Assembly (NCBI RefSeq): GCF_002243425.1
Contig: NZ_CP021172.1
Span: forward strand, 120,001 to 152,000
Direction of reading: 5' to 3'
Source of the DNA: Candidatus Saccharimonadota bacterium
GTDB lineage: Bacteria > Bacteroidota > Bacteroidia > Flavobacteriales > Blattabacteriaceae
DNA length: 32,000 bases
This document shows positions 11,740 to 20,678 of this stretch, one piece after another. The notes under the pieces were generated by a model, which worked only from the letters and a program-made list of their open reading frames with translations, did no database searches and was not told the DNA's origin. The position numbers and the translations under genes are program-made. Numbering within the stretch: position 1 is the stretch's first letter; every line of letters starts with the position of its first letter.

Positions 11740-13022
11740 TATATAGATTTTATTCTAAATAATAATTCTTTTTTATAATTTTCCCAATTAGTTATTTTTT
11801 TTTTATAAACTCCAGACTTGATAGCTGCTTTTGCAACAGCTGGAGCTACAGATTTTATTAATCTTTTATCAAAAGGTTTTGGAATAATATAATTTTTCCC
11901 AAATACAAGATTTTTATCATTATAAATCATTTTTATTTTTTTGGGGACTGGCTTTTTAGCTATATTAGCTATAGCTTTTATAGCTGCTAATTTCATTTCT
12001 TCGTTAATTATAGTTGCCTTTACATCTAAAGCACCTCTAAATATATATGGAAATCCTAAAACATTATTAACTTGATTTGGATAATCACTTCTACCAGTAG
12101 CGATAATAATATCAGGACGTATTTTTATTGCCAGATTATAATCTATTTCTGGCTCTGGATTTGCCATAGCAAAAACTATAGGATTTTTTGCCATACTAAT
12201 GATCATTTCTTTAGTTAAAAGATTTCCAACAGATAAACCTATAAATATATCTGCATTTTTAATTACTTCATCTAAAGTTTTTAATTCAGTATTAATAGCA
12301 AATTCTAATTTTTCTTTATTAAGATCTTTTCTTAAAGTATTTATTACTCCATTTCTATCACACATAATAATATTTTCAGGTTTTACTCCTAATTTTTTAT
12401 AAATTCTTGTGCAAGAAATAGCTGCGGAACCTGCTCCATTAACTACCATTTTTACTTTTTTTATATCTTTATTAACTAATTCTATAGCATTAATTAATGC
12501 TGCACCTGATATAATAGCAGTTCCATGTTGATCATCATGCATAATTGGAATATTTAATTCTTTTTTTAATCTATTTTCTATTTCAAAAGCTTCTGGAGCT
12601 TTAATATCTTCTAAATTTATTCCCCCAAAAGTTGGTGCAATAGATTTTACTATTTTTATAAATTTTTCTACATCTGTTTCAGATATTTCTATATCAAATA
12701 CATCAATTCCAGAAAAAATTTTAAATAAAAGAGCCTTACCTTCCATTACTGGTTTAGAGGCAAGGGCACCTATATTTCCTAACCCTAATACAGCTGTTCC
12801 GTTTGTTATTACAGCTACTAAATTACCTTTATTTGTATATTTATAGACTTTTTGGGGATTATGTGATATTTCTTTGCAAGGTGCTGCTACTCCAGGTGAG
12901 TAAGCTAAAGATAAATATTCTTTAGTTTTATATCCTTTAGTCGGTGAAATTTTTATTTTTCCAGAAGGAAATTGACTATGATAGTCTAAAGCTTTTTTTT
13001 TAAAATTATCTAATTTATTCAT
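11739..13022 (-). CDS. maeB: NAD(P)-dependent malic enzyme, short form (malic-enzyme domains only, no phosphotransacetylase-like C-terminal domain)
   Basis: 427-aa ORF with malic-enzyme pattern (LSLAYSPGVAAPC, VAVITNGTAVLGLGNIG, MHDDQHGTAI, VVNGAGSAA). Stop TAG at 11739-11741. Confidence 0.85.
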   Translation of the reverse strand: MNKLDNFKKKALDYHSQFPSGKIKISPTKGYKTKEYLSLAYSPGVAAPCKEISHNPQKVYKYTNKGNLVAVITNGTAVLGLGNIGALASKPVMEGKALLFKIFSGIDVFDIEISETDVEKFIKIVKSIAPTFGGINLEDIKAPEAFEIENRLKKELNIPIMHDDQHGTAIISGAALINAIELVNKDIKKVKMVVNGAGSAAISCTRIYKKLGVKPENIIMCDRNGVINTLRKDLNKEKLEFAINTELKTLDEVIKNADIFIGLSVGNLLTKEMIISMAKNPIVFAMANPEPEIDYNLAIKIRPDIIIATGRSDYPNQVNNVLGFPYIFRGALDVKATIINEEMKLAAIKAIANIAKKPVPKKIKMIYNDKNLVFGKNYIIPKPFDKRLIKSVAPAVAKAAIKSGVYKKKITNWENYKKELLFRIKSI

Positions 13023-13436
13023 AATTAATTGTTTTGTAAATAAATTGTAAATAATGATGATTCAAGAGGAGAAATGTTATATTTTTTTTCTCATATTCTT
13101 TTAATTGGTTTCTATATGCTATTTTATATTAGTTGCAAAATTTGTAAATAAAAAAGAATAAAAATATATTTAAACCACCATTTAGGAATGTACTATAGCA
13201 CTCATCTATTATTATACCTAAAGTATGAATCAATTGGGAACAAACCTGTTTTATAAAAAATTGTTATCTTAGAAAGTATAGATTATATAAAATCCTTTAT
13301 TCCCTAAAATCTGTATAACATTACCATATATAAAAGTAGTAGCTAATACAACAATTGAAGATATTATTTTATAGTTTATGTATCTAAATAAGAGAAATCA
13401 TATGAATCTTCAGAAGAGAACGAACTATTCTTTATC

Positions 13437-14744
13437 TTATTTAAGTCTAAATAAAATTTTTATAGGAATACCTGTAAAATGAAATTTTTCTCTTATATTA
13501 TTTTCTATAAATCTTTTATATGATTCTTTTATATGATTTGGATAATTAGTAAAAAATATAAATTGAGGATTATATGTTGGTATTTGACTACAATATTTTA
13601 TTTTAATAAATTTACCATTTATTGTTGGGTGAGGATTTTTATTTAAAATAGGTAATATAATTTTATTAAGTAAACTTGTTTTTATTCTTAATCTTAAATT
13701 AAATGTAATTTTAACTGCAGTTTTTATAGATTTGATTATATCTTTTTTTGTAAAAGATGAAGTAAAAAATATAGGAACATCCTTAAAAGGAGCTATTATT
13801 TTTTTTATTTTATTTTCATAACTATTTATTAAATAATTATCATTATTATTGAATATATCCCACTTATTTATTAATAAAACTATACCTTTATTATTATTCT
13901 CAATTATTTTAAATATATTAATATCTTGAGATTCAAAACCAGATTTACTATCTATTATTAGTAGAGATACATCTGAATTCTGTATAGATTTAATTGCTCT
14001 CATTACAGAATAAAACTCTATATCTTCTTTTATCTTTTTTTTTTTTCTAATACCAGCAGTATCTACTAATATACATTCAATTCCAAATTTTGAATATAAA
14101 ACATCTATACTATCTCTTGTTGTGCCAGAAATGTTTGTAACAATATTTTTATTTTTATTCAGTAGTGTATTTATTAAAGTTGATTTTCCTACATTAGGAC
14201 GTCCTACTATAGCTATTCTAGGAATATTTTTTTTATATATTTTTATATTTTTATCAAAATTTGATACTATTGAATCTAATAATTTCTCGGTTCCAGTTCC
14301 ATTAATAGATGATATACAATATGTTTTTGTAATACCAAATTTACAATATTTGTAAGTATTATATATATTTTTATATATATCTATTTTATTTATTACTAAA
14401 TAAATACTCTTTTTTAGTTTACGTATCATTTTTGATATATCGTAATCAATACCTAAAATCTCATTGCTGGGATCTACTAAAAAAAGTATAACATCTGATT
14501 CTGCTAATGCAAACAAAAATTGTTCACATATTTTTTTATCAAAAATATTTTTTGATTCATTTGTATACCCTCCTGTATCTATTAAACAAAATTCTATACC
14601 ATTCCAATTGCAAAAACCATAATTTCTATCTCTAGTTATTCCACTTTTAGAATTAACTATAGATTTTTTATATCCTATAAAATGGTTAAAAAGTGTAGAT
14701 TTTCCTACATTAGGACGTCCTACTATAGAAACTATTTTAGTCAT
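13437..14744 (-). CDS. der: Ribosome-associated GTPase Der (EngA)
   Basis: 435-aa ORF with two tandem GTPase domains, each with a GRPNVGKST P-loop plus DTGG/DTAG and NKxD motifs. Confidence 0.9.
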   Translation of the reverse strand: MTKIVSIVGRPNVGKSTLFNHFIGYKKSIVNSKSGITRDRNYGFCNWNGIEFCLIDTGGYTNESKNIFDKKICEQFLFALAESDVILFLVDPSNEILGIDYDISKMIRKLKKSIYLVINKIDIYKNIYNTYKYCKFGITKTYCISSINGTGTEKLLDSIVSNFDKNIKIYKKNIPRIAIVGRPNVGKSTLINTLLNKNKNIVTNISGTTRDSIDVLYSKFGIECILVDTAGIRKKKKIKEDIEFYSVMRAIKSIQNSDVSLLIIDSKSGFESQDINIFKIIENNNKGIVLLINKWDIFNNNDNYLINSYENKIKKIIAPFKDVPIFFTSSFTKKDIIKSIKTAVKITFNLRLRIKTSLLNKIILPILNKNPHPTINGKFIKIKYCSQIPTYNPQFIFFTNYPNHIKESYKRFIENNIREKFHFTGIPIKILFRLK

Positions 14745-15607
14745 TTTAAAAATATATGTTTATATGCATTGTAAGATGATCTTACTAATGGACCACTTTC
14801 TACATATCGAAAACCCATATCTAATGCAATATTTTCATATTTTTTAAATATATAAGGTGGGATAAATTTTTTTACATAAAAATGTTTAATAGAAGGAGAT
14901 AAATATTGTCCTATAGTAATTATATCAATATTAGCATTTCTACTATCTTTTAAAGTTTGTATAACCTCTTCTTCCGTTTCACCTAATCCTAACATTATTC
15001 CAGTTTTTGTTCTTATATTACTTATAAGTTTTATATATTTTAATACATTAATACTACGATCATACTTAGCTTGAGTACGTACTTTTTTAGTTAATCTACG
15101 TACAGTTTCTATATTATGTGATATAACCTCTGGTTTTTCATTTACAATAATATTTATTAAATCTTTTCTACCTTTAAAATCAGGAATTAATGTTTCTAGT
15201 GAGATTTTATCGTTTATATTTTTTATCGCTTTTATTGTTTTTCCCCATATCATTGCTCCCATATCTTTTAAATCATCTCGATCTACTGATGTAATTACTG
15301 CATGTTTAATTTTCATAATTTTTATATTATTAGCAATTTGTTTTGGTTCATAAAAATCAATTTTATTGGGTTTTCCTGTTTTTACTCCACAAAATTTACA
15401 TGATCTTGTACAGATATTTCCTAATATCATAAAAGTTGCTACTCCTTGTTCCCAACATTCAGCTATATTAGGACAACTACCACTTTTACAAATAGTATTT
15501 AAATTATTAGAATTTGAGATTTTATATATATTATTATATTTATCCCCTATTGGGAATTTAACACGTAACCATTTAGGTTTAAAATTTATATTTTTGTTTT
15601 TTTTCAT
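14741..15607 (-). CDS. lipA: Lipoyl synthase
   Basis: Radical-SAM motif [10 protein letters not shown] and an N-terminal Cys cluster ([13 protein letters not shown]). ATG at 15607; the ORF track starts one codon earlier at GTG 15610. The stop overlaps the der start (ATGA, 14741-14744). Confidence 0.9.
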   Translation of the reverse strand: MKKNKNINFKPKWLRVKFPIGDKYNNIYKISNSNNLNTICKSGSCPNIAECWEQGVATFMILGNICTRSCKFCGVKTGKPNKIDFYEPKQIANNIKIMKIKHAVITSVDRDDLKDMGAMIWGKTIKAIKNINDKISLETLIPDFKGRKDLINIIVNEKPEVISHNIETVRRLTKKVRTQAKYDRSINVLKYIKLISNIRTKTGIMLGLGETEEEVIQTLKDSRNANIDIITIGQYLSPSIKHFYVKKFIPPYIFKKYENIALDMGFRYVESGPLVRSSYNAYKHIFLK

Positions 15608-15743
15608 CACTTACAGTAAGTTTTTTTCTTTTTTTATTTCTTCTTCTTGCTAATAATTTTCGTCCATTTTTACTACTCATTCTTTTTCTAAAACCATGAT
15701 TATTTAGTCTTTTAATATTAGAGGGTTGATAAGTTCTTTTCAT
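15579..15743 (-). CDS. rpmH: 50S ribosomal protein L34 (not in the supplied ORF track)
   Basis: Hand translation of the minus strand from ATG 15743 gives [54 protein letters not shown]. This is the canonical bL34 sequence pattern. Stop TAA at 15579-15581. Confidence 0.85.
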   Translation of the reverse strand: MKRTYQPSNIKRLNNHGFRKRMSSKNGRKLLARRRNKKRKKLTVSDEKKQKYKF

Positions 15744-15834
15744 TACATTAAAATTTTTTTAAGCTTTAAACCGTATTGTTTATACAATAAAATTCTATGT
15801 ATATATATTTATATATAATTAAATTATTATTTAT

Positions 15835-16710
15835 ATGAGTATATTAGTTAATAAATTTTCTAAGATTATAGTACAAGGCTTTACAGGAAAAGAAGGATCA
15901 TTTCATTCTCATAAAATGATATCTTATGGAACTCCAATAATGGGAGGTGTCACTCCAGGAAAAGGAGGTAAAATTCATTTAGGAAAACCTATATTTAATA
16001 CAGTAGAAGAAGCTGTAAAAAAACTTAATGCTAATATTAGTATATTATTTGTTCCACCTATGTTTGCATATGATGCAATTATTGAATCAATATATTCAGG
16101 TATAAAAATCATAATATGTATTACTGAAGGTATTCCTATTTCCGATATGCTAAAAATAAAAAATATTATTAATAAAAAAAAAAATTGTATCTTAATAGGA
16201 CCAAATTGTCCTGGAATAATAACACCTAATGAGGCTAAAGTAGGAATCATGCCTGGATTTATTTTTAAAAAAGGAAGAGTAGGAATTGTTTCTAAATCAG
16301 GTACTCTTACCTACGAAGCAGCTAATCAAGTTGTAAAATCAGGATATGGAATATCTACAGCTGTTGGAATAGGGGGAGATCCGATTATAGGAACCTCAAT
16401 GAAATCTATTATATCAGAGTTTTTTAATGATTCTGAAACTGACATCATAGTTATGATAGGAGAAATAGGGGGTAAATTAGAAATAAATGCTGCAAAATGG
16501 ATTAAAAATCAAAAAAAAAAAAAACCTGTATTAGGTTTCATTGCAGGCCAAACTGCCCCAAAAGGCAGAACTATGGGACATGCTGGAGCAATAGTAGGCG
16601 AAAAAAATGAGACTGCTATTTATAAAATAAATATGCTTAAAAAATGTGGAATAAAGATAATAAAATCTCCTTCTAAAATAGGAGATGAAGTATTTCAAAT
16701 ACTTAAATAA
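15835..16710 (+). CDS. sucD: Succinyl-CoA synthetase alpha subunit
   Basis: 291-aa ORF with motifs VQGFTGKEGSFH, SKSGTLTYE, GIGGDP and the catalytic-His loop MGHAGAI. Confidence 0.9.
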   Translation: MSILVNKFSKIIVQGFTGKEGSFHSHKMISYGTPIMGGVTPGKGGKIHLGKPIFNTVEEAVKKLNANISILFVPPMFAYDAIIESIYSGIKIIICITEGIPISDMLKIKNIINKKKNCILIGPNCPGIITPNEAKVGIMPGFIFKKGRVGIVSKSGTLTYEAANQVVKSGYGISTAVGIGGDPIIGTSMKSIISEFFNDSETDIIVMIGEIGGKLEINAAKWIKNQKKKKPVLGFIAGQTAPKGRTMGHAGAIVGEKNETAIYKINMLKKCGIKIIKSPSKIGDEVFQILK

Positions 16711-16950
16711 ATGTTTTAGATTGCAATAATGTTATTTAGTTACGAGACTAACTCCAATAAGATTCCCTATAATCAATTGTAATGTATTCATATGAATAAA
16801 TAAAAATGAATAAAATTGCATTATCTATTTTTTTCTATATTTCGTACATGGAGAGGTTTACAAGATAATAATCACTGAATTTTGAGTTCACTACCATTTT
16901 CGTCATACAGGCTAAGGCTGCTAATAAGCTAGTCATCCGTTGTCACGCAG

Positions 16951-17034
16951 TGCGGGTAAAGGGATTTGAACCCCCATATCCGTAAAGATACTAGATCCTA
17001 AATCTAGCGTGTATACCTATTTCACCACACCCGC
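16951..17034 (-). tRNA. tRNA-Leu (anticodon TAG), class II
   Basis: Minus-strand cloverleaf. Acceptor gcgggtg/tacccgc, anticodon stem ctaga/tctag with loop ttTAGga, long variable arm, T-loop ttcaaat. Confidence 0.85.
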
Positions 17035-17040
17035 AATGAT

Positions 17041-17133
17041 TTACTTTTTAGTTTTATGTCTATTTTTTCTACTTCTTTTTTTACGTTTATGTGTTGATAT
17101 TTTTTTTTTTTTTCTTTTTTTTCCGTTTGGCAT
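17041..17133 (-). CDS. 30-codon highly basic peptide, probably the bS22-type (AURKAIP1/COX24-like) small ribosomal protein of Bacteroidota
   Basis: Hand translation base by base gives ATG(17133) MPNGKKRKKKKISTHKRKKRSRKNRHKTKK TAA(17041-17043). It matches the MPxGKKRKxHK-x-THKRKKRxRxNRHKxK micro-protein pattern I recall from Bacteroidota. It lies 13 nt after korA and 6 nt before tRNA-Leu. Family name is from memory. Confidence 0.55.
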   Translation of the reverse strand: MPNGKKRKKKKISTHKRKKRSRKNRHKTKK

Positions 17134-17146
17134 ATATTTTATAATT

Positions 17147-18898
17147 TTATAATACCTGATATACTTTATTAATTATATCAGATACTGTAAAAGTAATTCC
17201 TTTTATTTTATTTAGAGCTATTGGATAAATTAAAAATTTATCACGTATAATATTACTTAATTGACCATTATTTATTTCAGGAATCATAATTTTATCAAAA
17301 TTATAGATTATATCTTTAATCCCATTAGGAAATGGATATATAGATTCTATATGCAGACTAGATACAGAATATCCTTTTATAATCAGTTTCTTTACTGCTT
17401 CTGTTATACATCCATAAGTTGACCCCCAACTTAATATCAGAAGTTTTCCTTTTTTTTTTCCTATATTTATTTTTTTAAAAGGTAAATATTTTTTTATTTT
17501 ATTTATTTTCTTCTGACGATTTTTTACCATAAATTCATGATTTTCTTCTTCTGAAGATACATTTCCTGTTAAATTTTCTTTTTCTAATCCTCCAATGAGA
17601 TTTTCATAGCCTATATTCCCTGGAGGAACCCAAAATCTGATTCCGTTTTTATTTCTTTCATATGGAAGTTTATAATTTTTATAATTATAATTAACTTTTA
17701 TTTTCTTTAAATCTTTCCCTTTAGGTAATTTACATGTTTCATAGCTATTTGCTAAATATCCATCACTAAGTATTATAACTGGAGTCATATATTCTATAGC
17801 AATTTTACAAGCAATAAAAGAGATATAAAAACAGTTAGAAGGAGATTTAGAAGCAAGTATTGGAATAGGACATTCTCCATGTCTTCCATAAAAAGCTTGC
17901 ATTAAATCTGATTGTTCTGTTTTAGTAGGTAATCCTGTAGAAGGACCAGCACGTTGAACATTTATTACTACTAATGGTAATTCTAGCATAAAACATAAAC
18001 CTAATCCTTCTTGTTTAAGTGACATTCCAGGACCTGAAGTTCCAGTAACCCCTAAATTTCCTGAATAAGAAGCTCCTATTGCTGAGGTTATAGCTGAGAT
18101 TTCATCTTCAGCTTGAAATGTTTTTATTCCATATTTAGATATATTATTGAATATTTCTGAAGCTGGAGTAATAGGATACCATGAATAAAACATATTTATG
18201 TTAGCTTTTTTACAAGCTGCAATCATTCCTAATGAAATACCTTCGTTACCATTTAGATTTCTATATCTACCCGATTTTTTTTTATAATAAAAAATTCTAA
18301 ATTTTTCTGTATAAAAACATTTTTTTTTTCCAAAAAAATATCCAAATTTTAATATTTTTAAATTATATTTTAATATATTCTCTTTTTTAGAGAGAAAAAC
18401 ATTTTTTTTTATTGAAAAATTATATAACCAACAGAAAAATCCTAAAACAAACATATTCTTAAATAAAAAACATTTTTTATTATTAATATTTAGATTTATT
18501 TTATAAAGATAAGATGAAATCTTTAAACAAAAGACTTTATATTTTTTTAAAGGATTTTCTAAATATCCGGCTAATTTTAATTGTTTTTTGTTAAACCCAG
18601 AAATATCAGCAATAATTATTCCTCCAACTTTTAATTTATTTAATTTTTTTTTCAATAAAAATGCATTCATTACTACTAATACATCATATTTTTCTCCTGT
18701 ATAAGAAATCTGTTTATTGCTAATATGTATTTTAAACCCAGAAAAACCAGCACGTATTTCAGCAGTAAAATCTGATAAAGTGCTTATATAATTACCTGAT
18801 GAGTTACATGTATCTGATAATTTCTTACCAAGAAATTGTATTCCATCCCCAGAATTTCCCGCAAAAAGTATGATTACATTATTTAATAAGCTAGTCAT
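17147..18898 (-). CDS. korA: 2-oxoglutarate:ferredoxin oxidoreductase alpha subunit (fused gamma-alpha type)
   Basis: 583-aa ORF. N-terminal gamma-like domain (ILFAGNSGDGIQFLGK...EIRAG). Alpha domain (GNEGISLGMIAA, YPITPASE, GTSGPGMSLKQEGLG, NVQRAGPSTGLPTKTEQSDL). Confidence 0.85.
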   Translation of the reverse strand: MTSLLNNVIILFAGNSGDGIQFLGKKLSDTCNSSGNYISTLSDFTAEIRAGFSGFKIHISNKQISYTGEKYDVLVVMNAFLLKKKLNKLKVGGIIIADISGFNKKQLKLAGYLENPLKKYKVFCLKISSYLYKINLNINNKKCFLFKNMFVLGFFCWLYNFSIKKNVFLSKKENILKYNLKILKFGYFFGKKKCFYTEKFRIFYYKKKSGRYRNLNGNEGISLGMIAACKKANINMFYSWYPITPASEIFNNISKYGIKTFQAEDEISAITSAIGASYSGNLGVTGTSGPGMSLKQEGLGLCFMLELPLVVINVQRAGPSTGLPTKTEQSDLMQAFYGRHGECPIPILASKSPSNCFYISFIACKIAIEYMTPVIILSDGYLANSYETCKLPKGKDLKKIKVNYNYKNYKLPYERNKNGIRFWVPPGNIGYENLIGGLEKENLTGNVSSEEENHEFMVKNRQKKINKIKKYLPFKKINIGKKKGKLLILSWGSTYGCITEAVKKLIIKGYSVSSLHIESIYPFPNGIKDIIYNFDKIMIPEINNGQLSNIIRDKFLIYPIALNKIKGITFTVSDIINKVYQVL

Positions 18899-19199
18899 AG
18901 TTATAAATAATTTTAGCTATCCTACTCTTTATTATTTTTTAATACAACCTTTAAAGATTTTGCCATTCGGTTCTTTTTTAGTAGAAAAGAATGACATATA
19001 ATTCCTACTAACATCTGATATTATTTGAGGGGTACAAAATAGCACCTGTTATATTTAATTCATGTCTTATAGGTAAGATTAAAATTGTTTTATAGCTTTA
19101 CTCGCCATTGCGCTGCAAACTATAGCTGACCTATATTTTAATTCCATTAACAGGTTTTACTCCTACTTTAAATACTAAATTTGCGGTTTATTTTCCATT

Positions 19200-20150
19200 T
19201 TATATTATTTTAAATTTTAAAGCATTTCTAACTCTTTTTATTGTAATCTTTGCTATTTTACTAGCTTTTTCAGTTCCTTTATCTAAAATCGATTTTATTA
19301 TTTTTTTATTTTTTATATAAAATTTATATTTTTTTCTCTCATATGAAAAACGGTTTATTATATATTTATATAATTCTATTTTTGCTTTTTTATATGTTTT
19401 TTTTAAAGAAAAAAAATCATTTTCATTAGCTAATAATTTATATATTATATATATAATGTTTAAATCATCATTATTTGATATATAATCACTAGTTGTATGT
19501 ATACTCATTATTTGTTTTTTTATTTCTTTTTTAGAATAGAAAATATTAATTGTATTTTTTCTAGATTTACTCATTTTATATCCATCTATACCTGGTATAG
19601 ACATTGAATCTTTTTTTATTTTTGCTTCTGGTATAATTAATATCTTTTTAATTAGATTATTAATTTTTTTTGCAATTTTTCTTGTTATTTCAATATGTTG
19701 TAATTGATCTTTACCAACATATACTTTATTTGAATCAAAAAGAAGTATGTCTGCTGCCATTAATATCGGATATGTAAACATTCCTGTATTATTCATTTTC
19801 TTTTTCTCTTTAAAAGAATGAGATAATTTAAGCCTTTGGCAAGAAAAAAAACAATTTAAATACCAGAAAAGTTCCGTTACTTGAGTAATATCAGATTGTC
19901 TATATAAAACAGCTTTATATATTTTTAAGCCACAAGCTAACCATGCAGATGCTATTTTATATGAATAATCTTTAATATTATTAATATTATAACTCTTTTT
20001 TAGTGAGGTCAGTGAATGTAAATCAGCTATTAAAATAAATACATTTTCTAGTGAATTATTCACTATTTCAATAATTGGAAACATTACTCCTAATACATTT
20101 CCTATATGTGGAATACCAGTACTTTGAATTCCTGTTAAGATTATAGACAT
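19200..20150 (-). CDS. trpS: Tryptophanyl-tRNA synthetase
   Basis: 316-aa class I aaRS with a HIGH-type motif (TGIPHIGNVLG), KMSKS (GYKMSKS) and TrpRS-like size. Confidence 0.9.
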   Translation of the reverse strand: MSIILTGIQSTGIPHIGNVLGVMFPIIEIVNNSLENVFILIADLHSLTSLKKSYNINNIKDYSYKIASAWLACGLKIYKAVLYRQSDITQVTELFWYLNCFFSCQRLKLSHSFKEKKKMNNTGMFTYPILMAADILLFDSNKVYVGKDQLQHIEITRKIAKKINNLIKKILIIPEAKIKKDSMSIPGIDGYKMSKSRKNTINIFYSKKEIKKQIMSIHTTSDYISNNDDLNIIYIIYKLLANENDFFSLKKTYKKAKIELYKYIINRFSYERKKYKFYIKNKKIIKSILDKGTEKASKIAKITIKRVRNALKFKII

Positions 20151-20168
20151 TTTTTTATATAAAATTAT

Positions 20169-20366
20169 ATGATAAAAACTAGATTTTTTTCAATCCTTAT
20201 TATAAGATATGTATTTTATCTTGCTATAGCTACTTATATTGAAAAAATAGATTCTACAGGTTTTAATTTTAAAAAATTGCCAATCTTAATTTTACATATA
20301 TTTATTTTTTTAGTAGGAGTAAGATATATTGGATATAATGGAATCTTAGTGAGGGAGAAAAAATAA
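20169..20366 (+). CDS. Hypothetical 65-aa protein with two hydrophobic segments; may be spurious
   Basis: Only an open frame, in a genome where stops are frequent by chance. No recognisable family. Two possible TM stretches (FFSILIIRYVFYLAIATYI, LPILILHIFIFLVGV). Confidence 0.25.
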   Translation: MIKTRFFSILIIRYVFYLAIATYIEKIDSTGFNFKKLPILILHIFIFLVGVRYIGYNGILVREKK

Positions 20367-20678
20367 ACCCATATATTTCCAGCTTAAAAAAAGCCAACAT
20401 TTAGCAAACCCAAATCAAATCATTTAATTCTGTTAGAAATTTTTCATAAATTAAACCTCTATAATTAATTTATTTAAATATTCATCATTAATTATTACCT
20501 TGATCTAATCTAGATTTTTTACAAATAGAATGAAGTGATTTATACATCTTTAAAACCATTTGTGAGATAAAAATCTATATCATTTTCATAAATCTCATAA
20601 ATCATTTTTTTATTAATTCAGAATTTATTAAAATCTATTTTCGGTTTATCTGCTTTTACTTCTTTTTTTATTTCAGGT

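Noticed and set aside
11584-11778. Listed 64-aa plus-strand ORF.
   Set aside because: It is the antisense translation of the tRNA-Pro and tRNA-Ser genes (GFEPTTSW comes from the T-arm sequence). It is not a protein gene.
16922-16936. 15-nt identity (taataagctagtcat) between this site and the korA start region (18884-18898). Both minus-strand ORFs therefore begin ATGACTAGCTTATTA (MTSLL).
   Set aside because: The identity stops abruptly on both sides. In a 32-kb AT-biased window a handful of 15-mer coincidences are expected. There is no further similarity to suggest a duplication.
16880-16950. Possible SRP (4.5S) RNA. The minus strand contains AGCAGCC followed by ..ATGACG, reminiscent of E. 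coli 4.5S GGAAGCAGCCAAGGCAGAUGACG.
   Set aside because: I could not build the helix-8 fold by hand. There is no GNRA-type apical loop with a flanking 3-bp stem, no 5'-side (C/U)AGG symmetric-loop partner, and only about 6 of 10 pairs in the putative lower stem. It is kept only as an unassigned GC island. A covariance-model search would decide.
20540-20560. TTATCTCACA on the minus strand as a DnaA box or replication origin signal in the gene-poor region.
   Set aside because: It is a single imperfect match, with one inserted base relative to TTATCCACA. There is no cluster of boxes and no adjacent dnaA or dnaN. This is insufficient to call an origin.
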